From a virus (Duplodnaviria > Caudoviricetes): a DNA stretch of 59,039 nt. The notes beneath the pieces were generated by a model. It was not told where the DNA came from and did no database searches. It saw nothing but the letters and a program-made list of their open reading frames with translations. The first letter of the stretch is position 1, and the number at the start of each line of letters is the position of its first letter. This document shows positions 24,701 through 31,001 of this stretch, one piece after another. The position numbers were made by a program, and so were the translations under genes. The stretch spans positions 1 to 59,039 of the IMG/VR virus record IMGVR_UViG_3300033149_005336; one strand, written 5' to 3'.

Positions 24701-27070
24701 GTTGCCCGCCGCCGCCACGGGCCGGTAGGCCAGTCTATATGTCCCGACCATCGTCTGGACGACGTGGTCCGGCATATCCGGATTTTCCTGGCGGTACTTC
24801 CGTTCGATCAGATTGTCCGCCTCTCGTTCGGTGAGCTTGGCTGGTTTGCCGCCCGGTCGGGGTCGAGGCTTTTCTTCCGCGGTCGCCTCGACCGTGGCTG
24901 GTGGCACCGGTTGCTCGGCCCTCGTCGGCGCCGCCTCTATGGCCTTCCGGGCGTACTTCTCGGCCAGGTCGGGATAGTCCTTCAGGACTTCGGCGGGGAC
25001 GGGCTTGCCTTCTTGCAACGCTTGTTCAACATGTTGTTGGTGGGCACGATCGGCTTGCGCTCTGAATATAACCTCCTTATGGGCTGGCGGTCCGATTCCT
25101 ATCGTAGTGGTCGAGAAGTAATCAGGACTTTTTTCCAACATCCGTTCCCGACTGGCCCGATGAAACTCCGCCTGCGTCATCTCCCACGGCTGTTTGCCCG
25201 CCTTTTCCCGGGGCGTCGCCGGTTCTTGGATCTCCGCCCCGGTACCTTCAGCGGGTACCTGTACAGGTTGTTTCTGGGCCGGTTTCGCTGCGGTTGGCGG
25301 CGCTGCACCTTCTGCCACGGGGACGGGCTTGCCCGCCGCGCCATGGGCGAAGGCCTCGGCCGCCATGACCATCTCGCCGTCCGGCCGCACGACTACCACG
25401 CCGGTAAGGTCTTTCGGCGGTGTGGCCCGCATGTACCATTTTCCGGCCTGGTTCTGCAGCAGGTACTTCTCTCGGCCGCTCTCGCGGGCACGGACCTTCG
25501 CCAGTTCCACGCGGTACTCGGGAATGTTCAACGCCTCCGGCGTTTCCGGCCGTTTGCCTTCTTCTTGCCGCGTTTCCGGCGGGCGGCTTGGGCCTTGTCG
25601 GCCGCCAGGTACTCTTTCGCCACCTTCACCGGGGCGGGCTTCTTGCCGTGTGCCCGGAGCAGCTTGCGGCCCCTGGGGTTGGCCGACATGCGCATGAAGT
25701 TGTGCTGCCTGTCGCTCTTGCTGGGCATGATCTGAGACTCCTTCTTCTGAGGTTCCGATTACCGCAAGACCCGCCCGGGCCGCTTGCGGCACGCTCAAGA
25801 CGCCCGCCCGCACCGCCAACTCGTGCAGACTGGGCACGGCGTTCGCCAATCGCTCAACGAACGTATCACCACCCCGCAGACCGGCCAGGGCTTGCAGGAG
25901 ATTGGTATAGTCTTCCTCCGTCCATTCTTCCAAAAATCCGTGCCAACCGACGTGCTTCATTAAGGCATCGAGCCGAGCCTTACCCTTGGCCGTCTTGGCC
26001 AATCGCTTGGCCAGGTCGATTTTGCTCAGCAGCGTGGCGATCTTCGGCGGCAGCAGCTTCTTGCCGTAGCGCATGATGTCGCCACCGGCCACTTCACCGG
26101 CCATATCCAGCATCTGGTTGAATAGGTTGTCCCGGAACCGCCTGCCAAAAGTCTTGCGGGGGGCGACCAGTTCACCTTCCGGGGTCAGCATTCCCGTTTC
26201 TTCGCCCAGTGTTTGGGCCAGGACGTAAGGAGCCGTCGCCGCTCCCCGTATGGCGCCTTGAGCCAAACCGCCCACGACTCGGCCCGCCAGTCCGATAGCA
26301 GGTCGTAACGCCTTAGGGGCCGCTTTCATGGTCGTCTTGGTGGCAAGCTTGATCCCCGTTTTGACCGGGGCGGCGATAGGCGATGTCAACCCCATCTGTA
26401 AGGCATAGGGTATCAGGTGAATGACGCCTTCGGTGATCTGGGAAGCCAAGGTTGGCTTACGCACAGCCATCTCGGCCATCTTCGTCAGATGCCGCATGAC
26501 GAACTGCCGGTCGGCCTCGTACTGGGCACGCTTGGCCTGCGGGGTTCGCAGGGTCGCCACCGTCATGGAAGGCACACCGGTAGCAACCCCCGCCAGCGCC
26601 ATTGCCGGCGTTTGTTCGACGTATTCAGGCAACCCCCATAGGGCTGTATCGGGATAATCCTCCGGCCGGCGATATTGGTTGAGTCGCTTGACGGCGCTGC
26701 CCAACTGCATTTCGTACGTTGCCTTACTTATGCCGTAGGGCTCCAAGGCCATCATCCAGTCCACCGGGTCTTTGCCGGTAATCGTCGCTTTCGCCCCCCA
26801 ATCGCCCTTTTTCTGCCAGTCCAAGATCGTCTCGGCCGGAAACAATCTCTTGACCCAATCGGGAATGTCCGCATCGGTAACCACCATCTGGGCCTTCTGT
26901 TGTGGCGTTAGTTCGGCTTGTTCCAATTGCTGCAACAGCAACGGATCAATTTCCGGTGGTTGTTGAGTGCCAGCCTGCTCAAGCCGTTGCAAGGCCAAAG
27001 GATCAGGTTCAACCACTTCCGTCGCCGGTTGGCTTGCCGCCCGTTCGAATGCTTCCAAGCGTGTCACCAT
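12782..27070 (-). CDS. Giant DarB-like polyvalent virion/ejection protein (RelA/SpoT-like, ParB-like, ADP-ribosyltransferase-like, HExxH peptidase, N6-MTase, SNF2 helicase)
   Basis: GYRGIHL..EIQLHT; GNGIVINGNGR; YHGT..GFYFT..GYDG; LLHETFH; EPAAGIG and NVPF; GSGKT, DEAH, ATGTP, QRDGR. Confidence 0.93.
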   Translation of the reverse strand: MVTRLEAFERAASQPATEVVEPDPLALQRLEQAGTQQPPEIDPLLLQQLEQAELTPQQKAQMVVTDADIPDWVKRLFPAETILDWQKKGDWGAKATITGKDPVDWMMALEPYGISKATYEMQLGSAVKRLNQYRRPEDYPDTALWGLPEYVEQTPAMALAGVATGVPSMTVATLRTPQAKRAQYEADRQFVMRHLTKMAEMAVRKPTLASQITEGVIHLIPYALQMGLTSPIAAPVKTGIKLATKTTMKAAPKALRPAIGLAGRVVGGLAQGAIRGAATAPYVLAQTLGEETGMLTPEGELVAPRKTFGRRFRDNLFNQMLDMAGEVAGGDIMRYGKKLLPPKIATLLSKIDLAKRLAKTAKGKARLDALMKHVGWHGFLEEWTEEDYTNLLQALAGLRGGDTFVERLANAVPSLHELAVRAGVLSVPQAARAGLAVIGTSEEGVSDHAQQERQAAQLHAHVGQPQGPQAAPGTRQEARPGEGGERVPGGRQGPSRPPETRQEEGKRPETPEALNIPEYRVELAKVRARESGREKYLLQNQAGKWYMRATPPKDLTGVVVVRPDGEMVMAAEAFAHGAAGKPVPVAEGAAPPTAAKPAQKQPVQVPAEGTGAEIQEPATPREKAGKQPWEMTQAEFHRASRERMLEKSPDYFSTTTIGIGPPAHKEVIFRAQADRAHQQHVEQALQEGKPVPAEVLKDYPDLAEKYARKAIEAAPTRAEQPVPPATVEATAEEKPRPRPGGKPAKLTEREADNLIERKYRQENPDMPDHVVQTMVGTYRLAYRPVAAAGNWVRFGSLRPRTAQGRIDSEASEKTARNLAWLEKHGLVERAWDRTGETYYAVAGTDLPEWLSQDDSEAALKALPEPPHVRANLTVTKSYHKKKQQDIWVVKIADRVDRTTYEALRDGAEQAGGYYSKFAKGFVFNAEEPAREFVRRHGRKPGQEGAEGGEKGGIESKAEDIQAEQRREVAEQAAGEKGQAKGELAEGDLQAQAEQVHRLVVEKKQAELNAIGQAVAEELGATWKGTPKSVKSIVEKVQRYRRRRPDYNVFSMDDHARGAIILRDWSDAPAAIEKLAAKGAYVTQTLERIREPFGYRGIHLAIDLGDRIKGEIQLHTAESWKIKKDASDAIYRKWRNVRLTEMTPEQQREYDNDAKNVRSRWDTYWANVPPEIISSAASVVRNLEANKSSTMISPSLGGRQESPSQTESTPLSDRTTVLSSASRKYKGSLSIPERIPQEPPVVKHEITGPVLPAAETEIHAVGIDKPIKARYAVMEADDLLPSHDFRSGRPVPNTPRGYPASLQPRAYEPGSDEAHKVVRFALEKKPGYYISTHPGPDNGPPVVDGNGIVINGNGRAMSLQYADNHGGLDWYVGYLKQHAAEYGLRPSDLERFRSPVLVRVVTMRADSDEAARFARAGNITTTQAQAAARTAAALADLLTTDLLAELPLSEDMTLSEALNGSAGAAFRRALRQALPPSQVSLYFAPNDQLTDAGKELVRNMLLAKILPVETIENLQAARKQLVRTLEGAIPQLLLMRRQYPDMDLTAPLAEALAFLGRHPEATTPGQTDMILGQGALFGDEGEKVDQLSPAGRMMIDFLLADGGKPRIFRNKLTRLLRDLSASSGLFAGETPEMADLAAEVLGVKKRQGADFRTGANKTGRPPLTLEGLLEQIRRHLPAVTAEQLDAYRQILQAHAEYLGMTADEWVSRYIAGLTDAAVSETEPGILWQPGVPAFDAWFGGSKVVDGAGKAKVMYHGTARPDFAMFDPQRQDSDALYGPGFYFTDDPVIAGGDYEYYAEWTYHDSRQAAERQPGRVGFVWQVTTEGPLQGKWVAQVRRARLRRPGYIHKITGLDPAQRTAAVNAIYNSDEYRQTMAAGPQAYLSEAERAQVVRFLNEFERTGNYNALLLLAEQPYNIPVVRILEREGVISGGGVIPVYLSIKNPLDMRRPVPKDQAVRFLTDLERAIGTYAREDSLLADRNERREGYLRAVAEAFRDTREELESDYAGQVNVTYDTIYRELQFQLNAARRSELDPTAGEALRGGLETLGYDGIAYEGGRVTGGPRHTVFIAFRPEQIKSVFNQGSYDPATAHLLHQGQRGAVRFTQDGRAIIHAFQRSDFSTLLHETFHVMRRHLPAEDLAVLEDYAGVRNGNWTVEAEEKVAKAWERYLADARMVPSKLRAVFAKLAAWLKAIYRGLKNSPLKIEIPENVEKMFYRILGGETAQAGPSGLTKPSSEDILLEEHVIEREQPYEQRASQGEPEPGRPDRSEPPGGRTVAETPAAPLAGVEEERRTVRGPGGGRPVGRATHPARDRYRAGRGGGEGVRPEGVHLPAGHRRPEVVGSLRRKSQRSNKHDYRITESDSIGVGSDKTRFRNNLQAIRLLKKLEAENRLATPEEQAVLVRYVGWGNLSAVFDSYNRQWQAERQELRELLTDEEYEAAAGSTLNAHYTSPEIIRAIWNVLQQWGFTGGRICEPAAGIGHFFGLMPDEIYSRSHLHGIELDSISARIASQLYQTADIRQGAFEKVRLPDNYFDLFISNVPFGKYRVFDPERPKLNFTIHDFFFAKAIEKTRPGGLVVFITSHYSLDKINPAWRRYMADRADLVTAVRLPKTAFLKNAGTEVVTDILVFQKRQAGAKTESPPWSQVGTLGDLGVRINRYLLAHPDHVLGKHATTGSMYGGREYTVEPNEGVDLGAAVTEVMAADRPPAAIDRIRVETERRNEPQAVAPAPDHLKEYAYTIEGGKLYQNRNGQLTEQPVRKADLKRYRHLLAVRDAARKLIHRQLDPEATDETVEAARRELNRVYDAAVAAIGPLSVPANTRLMQEDPDWPLLLSLEHYDPDTKTAKKAAIFHRRTQRPLSTVSHAETPDDALAASLSERGRVDLDYMAEISGRDKEELVRELEGRIYKNPEGDWEPADEYLSGDVVSKLEIARAAAELDKDFAKNVAVLEKVQPEPVQAADIDVKLGAPWVPEDVYDQFVRDVLGLSNIRIKHVSASGSWVLNVPDWMTRPSGGKAEWSTARVSVIDVFDAAINHKKLVVHDTDAEGNKILNRSETAAARAKVAALRREFARWVWAEPSRRERLEREYNRQLNRITPRKYDGSHLRLPGLTSSITPRPHQKNAIWRILTSGNTLLDHVVGSGKTLIMAASAMEMRRLGIANKPVLVAPNHLIDSHMREVLRFYPHAKVLAPGKKDFSPQRRSVLMNRIATGDWDLIIVPMSSFERIPMSPGVVQEFYERQIDELEDELLAARQDKGNRQTVKQLERAKKQLQALLDRIMAGYKKDAGPYFDELGIDALFVDEAHHYKNLYFRTRMHNVPGIASQLTQRSFDMYMKVSYLNRHSGNKAVVFATGTPISNSITELYTIQRYLQPDVLEQYGLSHFDDWAATFGEIVTQAEAKPTGKGYRMHSRFISFNNIPEMARMYGMVGDTVTQEQVALEIPQLEGGKHEVVTSPRSRAVAAYIDELENRAEKVRRGAVDPQIDNMLNITTDGRKAALDFRLIDPHAADDPDSKVNRCVENVYDIWKQTAKEKSLQVVWLDLSAPGKGFNLYDDIKQKLIKRGVPTDQIAFIHDAKTEKDTGNLFRKAREGQVRVLLASTAKMGEGANIQERLYAAHHLSPPWRPSDIEQRDGRILRHGNSNKKVRILRYVTKGTFDTYMWQTLENKAKFIQQFRTGNAGQRRISDVDDLVLSYAEVKALAAENPKILEVVRLESELNDLRGQDMAHRSAVFVFQQRAAAARREANLLHRKLETLRALQESFGKTGAVEMKLRGTVYRDKKIGKPLVEILDALAKKSAAQSAEPQKEIAQLCGLDATLCAALTITGEHYEIIVGWDRITLSDSASGNVTRLRNFFDNLPARIETTQQKLDEVNRQAADYEKQARKPFDKQAEIESLENKLEQLKQELTLGEITPDRQVESDPDSAPGDGHAGGPEVLYQPGIDDDEVNGLLGLPYRGVTGLLGSAPTGPLDLVQSTDRLALMAPKWGRIAGNSFHVVTDYEKSLVGQWRDMAAQAMKDLRRSDYRNFMEAMRGRRRPANPRVARAVAEVTALLDDIGITLEELKLPVPGGADYETFRRIRRGYWPQYFNTETRKQIQNENGPAYEALIDWIAGDLQAREMEYVNGTLRPQTKKWSLASRKKQARKFLRDRRRYEPAGRELTELYHALASGQVPKAEIGHREKGFQYHRAFEYPLEFLLENPHEAVERHIQQAARRIAEAIVWDQRKEVEDDNGRVRMVRLSNGRLKTWALAGASEAEKTARAQGKDPDEAKLEFLRLFSKLIGYESNVEGLQSDSGRGTKRLLRQARTATSGLQLFGIESPLWNILWGQLTSATRFGLTRTGVNWLATLLHPSRIRAARQAGALEHSGVRHFFAEGVWSEIVNVSRAPMSAAEVINRTSAAFAGLGAWEDAIRRAHRRSKKAGRLIVPGALMRELTHKDVGFRSSEVEAMVRRGTLSTAERRKLMRGAVNITQFSADPKDLPASWFTETGRFWTQFWAMAYKQTQHTLGYILREMGYGNFVPFLRFAIAAVFAGVAKEAIRELLRGRLPRKRDLEKMDRILRLFSDSLGILERPLQVLEATDSGRIVRIFTPAAIGTAADMAWAALNVVKSFAGGATPEKKATALRRLARTTSVGRTVAGQLRRRAQGRPSLFGTAENAPEADDYFRARLRNAYRRNAPAEEIRAILRWGRQQRLDVDREVAVVRQTLRSEYYDLLYEAEQDGDRRRAIEIRKFLYGKLKANYRNVEQALENRRRKQRMRPAG
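20053..20322 (-). CDS. Nested alternative-frame TnpV-like protein
   Basis: WRKHRPRLWRELKKSGEL...AREFALREYIYLP; GGGAG RBS; own promoter. Confidence 0.65.
   Translation of the reverse strand: MSNEPVKESRSLDDLTGLSRLAAEQWRKHRPRLWRELKKSGELYEALEEAGRSAERLIQRAIDTGQDVEAAREFALREYIYLPDIGGRR
20358..20386 (-). promoter_or_regulatory. Internal sigma70-type promoter
   Basis: TTGACA-17 nt-TATATT on the - strand. Confidence 0.75.
23346..23374 (+). promoter_or_regulatory. Antisense sigma70-type promoter (leaderless)
   Basis: TTGACG-17 nt-TATCCT with extended TG; ATG 7 nt downstream. Confidence 0.65.
23382..23585 (+). CDS. Nested antisense acidic 67-aa protein (candidate antitoxin/immunity)
   Basis: MDKEPLYFLLADDKTVVRSDNG...; own promoter; the giant protein is Ser-rich linker at this position. 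Confidence 0.6.
   Translation: MDKEPLYFLLADDKTVVRSDNGVLSVWDGDSWRPPNEGEIIVDDLLASKFLTTEAAEEIISGGTLAQ
25528..25728 (-). CDS. Nested alternative-frame small basic protein
   Basis: MPSKSDRQHNFM...VAKEYLAADK pattern of small basic phage proteins; AAGGAG RBS. Confidence 0.65.
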   Translation of the reverse strand: MPSKSDRQHNFMRMSANPRGRKLLRAHGKKPAPVKVAKEYLAADKAQAARRKRGKKKANGRKRRRR

Positions 27071-27082
27071 GCGCTATCCGTC

Positions 27083-28495
27083 CTACCAAGGGCTGCTGGG
27101 GTCGGGAAGAATGTCGAAATTCCTGGTCCCATCCGAAGATGCGCCGGAGAGAAGTTCTTGCGGGATGATATTTTCTTCACTCGGTCTTTCTTTAAGAGCA
27201 TATTCTGCGATGATTTTGGCATATTCACCCAAGCCGTTAACCTCCATGAGCATAAGTATCTCCCGCCACGACTTGCCTTTCTTGCGTATATTGAGGATGG
27301 TATTTTTCAACTTCTGTGGTATACGGGAATCATTCAAGGCACGTGAAATCCAAGCATAATCCTTCGTGTCGTTCGGTATCCAGCGACCGGCCATGACTTC
27401 CGCCGCGTGTTTTTCCGCGGGAGAAATAACCGGTTGGCGTTGGGCCATTTCCTCCCCGAATTGCGCAGCCAATTGCGACAAGTCCCTCGGCGGCGCTGGC
27501 TGGGCCTGACTAGCTACCGCCGCGGCCGAGCCGGGTAGCGCTTCCCGCCCGCCGAGGGCGGCCGTCAAGGCCGCTGCTTCTTCCTGCCGCTGCTGCGGGG
27601 CTTGGACCGTTTCGGCCGCCGGTGCCGGTTTGCCGGCCGGTGCCGCTGTCGAGGCCGGTATTCCCCGGGGCAAACCGCTCTCGGCCGCCGCCTGGCCCAT
27701 TGCACCGGCGAGGTTGCTGAAGCTGTCGGCGGCCGGGTTGGCCGGGCTTGACGACGGCCGGCCGGCGGTGGCTTGCCGCGCCGAGGCGCCGGGAGCACCG
27801 TAGGCTTGCCGCAAGAGGTTCGGGTCGCCTCCAAGATGGGCATAAAGCCCTATCATCGCCTGCCTGATGTTGTGTATCTCCTCTTGTAGCCGTTGAATCT
27901 GGTATGCCTTCTCGTAGGCGTCGGGATAGACGCCTTCGGGGTATTCCCATTTCTCGCCGCGAAGAAATCCTTTCTTGCGCAACAACCTTCCCTTGGAGCC
28001 TATCTTCAGGGCCTCGTCCACCGTCAGGTTGGGATAAGTAGAGGCAAACTCGGCCTGGAGTTCGGCCAGCTTGGCCTCCTTGTCGCTGGCATCCTTGTTC
28101 CAGCCGGCCCATATCGTACGGTCCAGCGGCAGGGCATTGTCCTTGCCGGCAGGTGTCGACAAGACGAAATCCGTCTCCAGCAGGCCGGGGAGATATTTTT
28201 GCTCGAAGGTATCCCTGATGGATTCCGGCAGGCCCGGCGCCACGACGTATTTGTACACGTCCGGCCTCTGGTCCTTGGGAACACTCAGCATCAGCCTGGT
28301 GGCATTGGACGTATAGGTGATGTTGCGCTCTTCATCTTGCCGCGCCTGTTTTTGCTTTTCCTGGGCGTCTTCGTATTGCCACAAAGCCGAGCGCATCAAC
28401 CCCTGCCCGATAGACTCTCCGGCGGCGGCGAGAGCCCGCCCGAGAATCTCCCGGCTGCGGTCCGGCGCTGGCCGATAGTATGCTACTCTGGGCAT
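27083..28495 (-). CDS. Probable ejection/internal virion protein
   Basis: Ala/Gln-rich; between tail genes and the giant protein. Confidence 0.6.
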   Translation of the reverse strand: MPRVAYYRPAPDRSREILGRALAAAGESIGQGLMRSALWQYEDAQEKQKQARQDEERNITYTSNATRLMLSVPKDQRPDVYKYVVAPGLPESIRDTFEQKYLPGLLETDFVLSTPAGKDNALPLDRTIWAGWNKDASDKEAKLAELQAEFASTYPNLTVDEALKIGSKGRLLRKKGFLRGEKWEYPEGVYPDAYEKAYQIQRLQEEIHNIRQAMIGLYAHLGGDPNLLRQAYGAPGASARQATAGRPSSSPANPAADSFSNLAGAMGQAAAESGLPRGIPASTAAPAGKPAPAAETVQAPQQRQEEAAALTAALGGREALPGSAAAVASQAQPAPPRDLSQLAAQFGEEMAQRQPVISPAEKHAAEVMAGRWIPNDTKDYAWISRALNDSRIPQKLKNTILNIRKKGKSWREILMLMEVNGLGEYAKIIAEYALKERPSEENIIPQELLSGASSDGTRNFDILPDPSSPW

Positions 28496-28513
28496 CGTCT
28501 GGTTTCCTTTCCC

Positions 28514-30847
28514 TTAAGCATAGAGAATCATCGGCTCACTGATGGTACCTGCCAGCAGGTTCACCACACTGGCGAGGTCCAGTCCGTGCGGGCCGGTGAT
28601 GGCGTTCTTGAAGTCCGCCAGCCATTCCTTGTTCATCTGATCTTGATCCACTTGGTAGATGTTCATCAACGTCGCCAGGGCCGCTAACTCGGCGTTGGTC
28701 AGGTCGGCGTTGGTCAGGGCCTCCCGCAATTCCATGTTGTGGAACAAGTTGGCCGCCAATGCTTTCTTGTAGTCGGTGGTGGCCTTTTGATCGGCGATAG
28801 CCGGTGGCAGTTGGGCCAGGTTCATGGCCTGGTTGATCGCCGCCAGGCGGCGGTTCTCGAAACCTTCCCGCGCTCCGGCCACGTAGCGCGCCCGCTGGGC
28901 CGCCAAGGAGGTTTGCAGGTCGGTCAGGGCCTTCTGTTCGGCCTTCTCCCGCTGGCTGCCGAACAGATTGCCCCCGGCGTAGGTCTCGCGGATGGCCGCT
29001 CGACCGTGCTGGGCGAACTGCCGCATGGCCGGTTCGTACACGCCCTTGGTGAATTCTTCTTCGTATTTGGCCGGCTCGAACCGCGCCGAAGCCAGACCCA
29101 TGACAATAGGCGTCAGGTCGGTGGGGATATTCTCCGGCTGGGTGGTTGCCGGCGTCTGGGCGGCTGCGGGTGCCGCTGCGGCCGGCGTGGCGGCCGGTGC
29201 GGCGGTCGCCGCAGGCTGCTGGCCGGTTGCCGGTGCCGTTTGCTGTTGCTGCTGTTTGCTCGCCAGATAGTCGGCGACGGCCCGCTGCATACCGGGGAAA
29301 TACTTATCCGGCGTAGCGAACTCCATTTGTCCGGTCCGACGGTTGAACTTGATGCCCTGCCCGGCGAAAGCCCCGCCCTGGTAATTTTCCAAGAATTGAT
29401 TGAAGTCCTCAATGTCGCTGTCGGGTATCTGCTGCCGCAAGGATTGCCAGTCGGGCGGCGCTGGGGGTTGGGGGGCTTGCCAGCCGCCTTCGCCCTGGGT
29501 ATAGCCCCTCTCCGTGAGGTAGTCGGAGACCGCCCTGGCGATATTGGCCGCATCCACGCTCCAGGGGTCTTCAAAGGTATAGCGGCCTTCCGTCAACCGG
29601 TAAAGGTTCTGGGCATTGATACCATAGCGGCCCTTGTTGGCATTGCTCATAAGCCATTGGCCGAATCCCGCCTGCTCGCTTTCCGGCAGTTGCGACAGGG
29701 CGGCGTCCAGTTCCGGGTTGGTACGTACTTGCGGGAGGCTCTGGAGGTAGTTCTGCAAACCAGCATAGTAGTTTTCCAGAATGGCCCGGTCCAGCGGCAG
29801 CATGTTCTGCCGGCTATATTCCGGGGCGCCGGCCACTTCCATATAGCCCGGCACCTTGGTAATATCACCGCCATATTGATTCTGGAACCTGCTGTACCAA
29901 CCAACTCCCTTGTTGCGTTCTTGGACAATATCAAGCCATTGTTGCGACCATTTATTGTAATCAGGCTTCCACTTACTAATATCTCCACCATAATCCTTGA
30001 GGACGGGGGCGGGATTTTCTTTCAACCAATCCAAGTGAGCGGTTGGTGAATATTTCTGTTTCCACTCCTGACCGATTTTCTTCTCATATTCACTCCTCAG
30101 CGGTGCGGCCCAGTCGTATTTCTCGTCCCACGGCCGGTCCCAGCGGGGCAGTTGGTTCGGGTCCAAGTAGTACTTCTTGCCGCCGTACTCCCACAGATAG
30201 CGCGGCGTTCCGGTGGCCGCCGCCGGCAGGCCGGTCGCCTTGCTGGCCGCCGCTGCTTTGCCCAGCGCCTCGGCGAGTTTTCTTTTGCCCTTGAGGTTCT
30301 TAGCCTTCGGCTTGATGGTGGCCGTCCCGGAAGGAATGACCACCGTCGGCTTATCAACGGTGATGGTCTCCTTGCCCGCCTCCCCGGCAACGAACGGCCG
30401 GCGGCTCTTACCGCCTTTGGCCATGTATTTCAGGGATCGTTTGCTTGTCGGCTTGAACCGCGGGTCCGTCGGCAGGATGCCTTGCTTTAGCTGGTCAAGA
30501 TACTCTTGGTTCGGTCGGCTCGCTCCGATCCGGCTCGCCAGCGATTCGGCCAGCTTCAAGCCCGCCTTCTGTTGTTCGGTCAGCGGCGCTACTCGATACT
30601 TCGGCTTGGGCATGGCCCGGAATTGCTCCAAGAGCGGATAGCGGGCGATCTCCCTACCCGTGGCCGGATCGCGCTTGATACCCAAGAGGAAGTCCATCAG
30701 CACCTGGTTAAGCTGCTGTTGTTTGAGGCTGAGTGTGGTCTTCGGCTTGGCCTTCTTGGGCTTTTTACTGCCGGCGATAAGGCCGCCGGCCGCTTGCGAG
30801 CCGGCACTGATGGTACTGCCGAGGATGAAAGCCGTTCCCAAGTCCAT
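28514..30847 (-). CDS. Probable ejection (DNA transfer) protein
   Basis: Gly/Ala-rich N-terminus, AKGG..AGEAGKE motif, RETYAGGNLFGSQRE C-terminal region. Confidence 0.65.
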   Translation of the reverse strand: MDLGTAFILGSTISAGSQAAGGLIAGSKKPKKAKPKTTLSLKQQQLNQVLMDFLLGIKRDPATGREIARYPLLEQFRAMPKPKYRVAPLTEQQKAGLKLAESLASRIGASRPNQEYLDQLKQGILPTDPRFKPTSKRSLKYMAKGGKSRRPFVAGEAGKETITVDKPTVVIPSGTATIKPKAKNLKGKRKLAEALGKAAAASKATGLPAAATGTPRYLWEYGGKKYYLDPNQLPRWDRPWDEKYDWAAPLRSEYEKKIGQEWKQKYSPTAHLDWLKENPAPVLKDYGGDISKWKPDYNKWSQQWLDIVQERNKGVGWYSRFQNQYGGDITKVPGYMEVAGAPEYSRQNMLPLDRAILENYYAGLQNYLQSLPQVRTNPELDAALSQLPESEQAGFGQWLMSNANKGRYGINAQNLYRLTEGRYTFEDPWSVDAANIARAVSDYLTERGYTQGEGGWQAPQPPAPPDWQSLRQQIPDSDIEDFNQFLENYQGGAFAGQGIKFNRRTGQMEFATPDKYFPGMQRAVADYLASKQQQQQTAPATGQQPAATAAPAATPAAAAPAAAQTPATTQPENIPTDLTPIVMGLASARFEPAKYEEEFTKGVYEPAMRQFAQHGRAAIRETYAGGNLFGSQREKAEQKALTDLQTSLAAQRARYVAGAREGFENRRLAAINQAMNLAQLPPAIADQKATTDYKKALAANLFHNMELREALTNADLTNAELAALATLMNIYQVDQDQMNKEWLADFKNAITGPHGLDLASVVNLLAGTISEPMILYA

Positions 30848-30878
30848 CGTCTTTACCGTCCTTTCTATTCTTCTTCCG

Positions 30879-31001
30879 CTACGATCGCTCGCAGGCGTCG
30901 CGGATCAACTCGTAGTATGTTTGCCGACTTATTCCCAGCAGGCCCGCCCGGCCCGCCTGCTGGCAGCACGCCCCGCAACGCTGGCAAGTAAAAGCAATCA
31001 T
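30879..31001 (-). pseudogene. 40-aa YkgJ-like (CxxCxxCC) remnant
   Basis: MIAFTCQRCGACCQQAGRAGLLGISRQTYYELIRDACERS; central Cys cluster missing. Confidence 0.5.
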
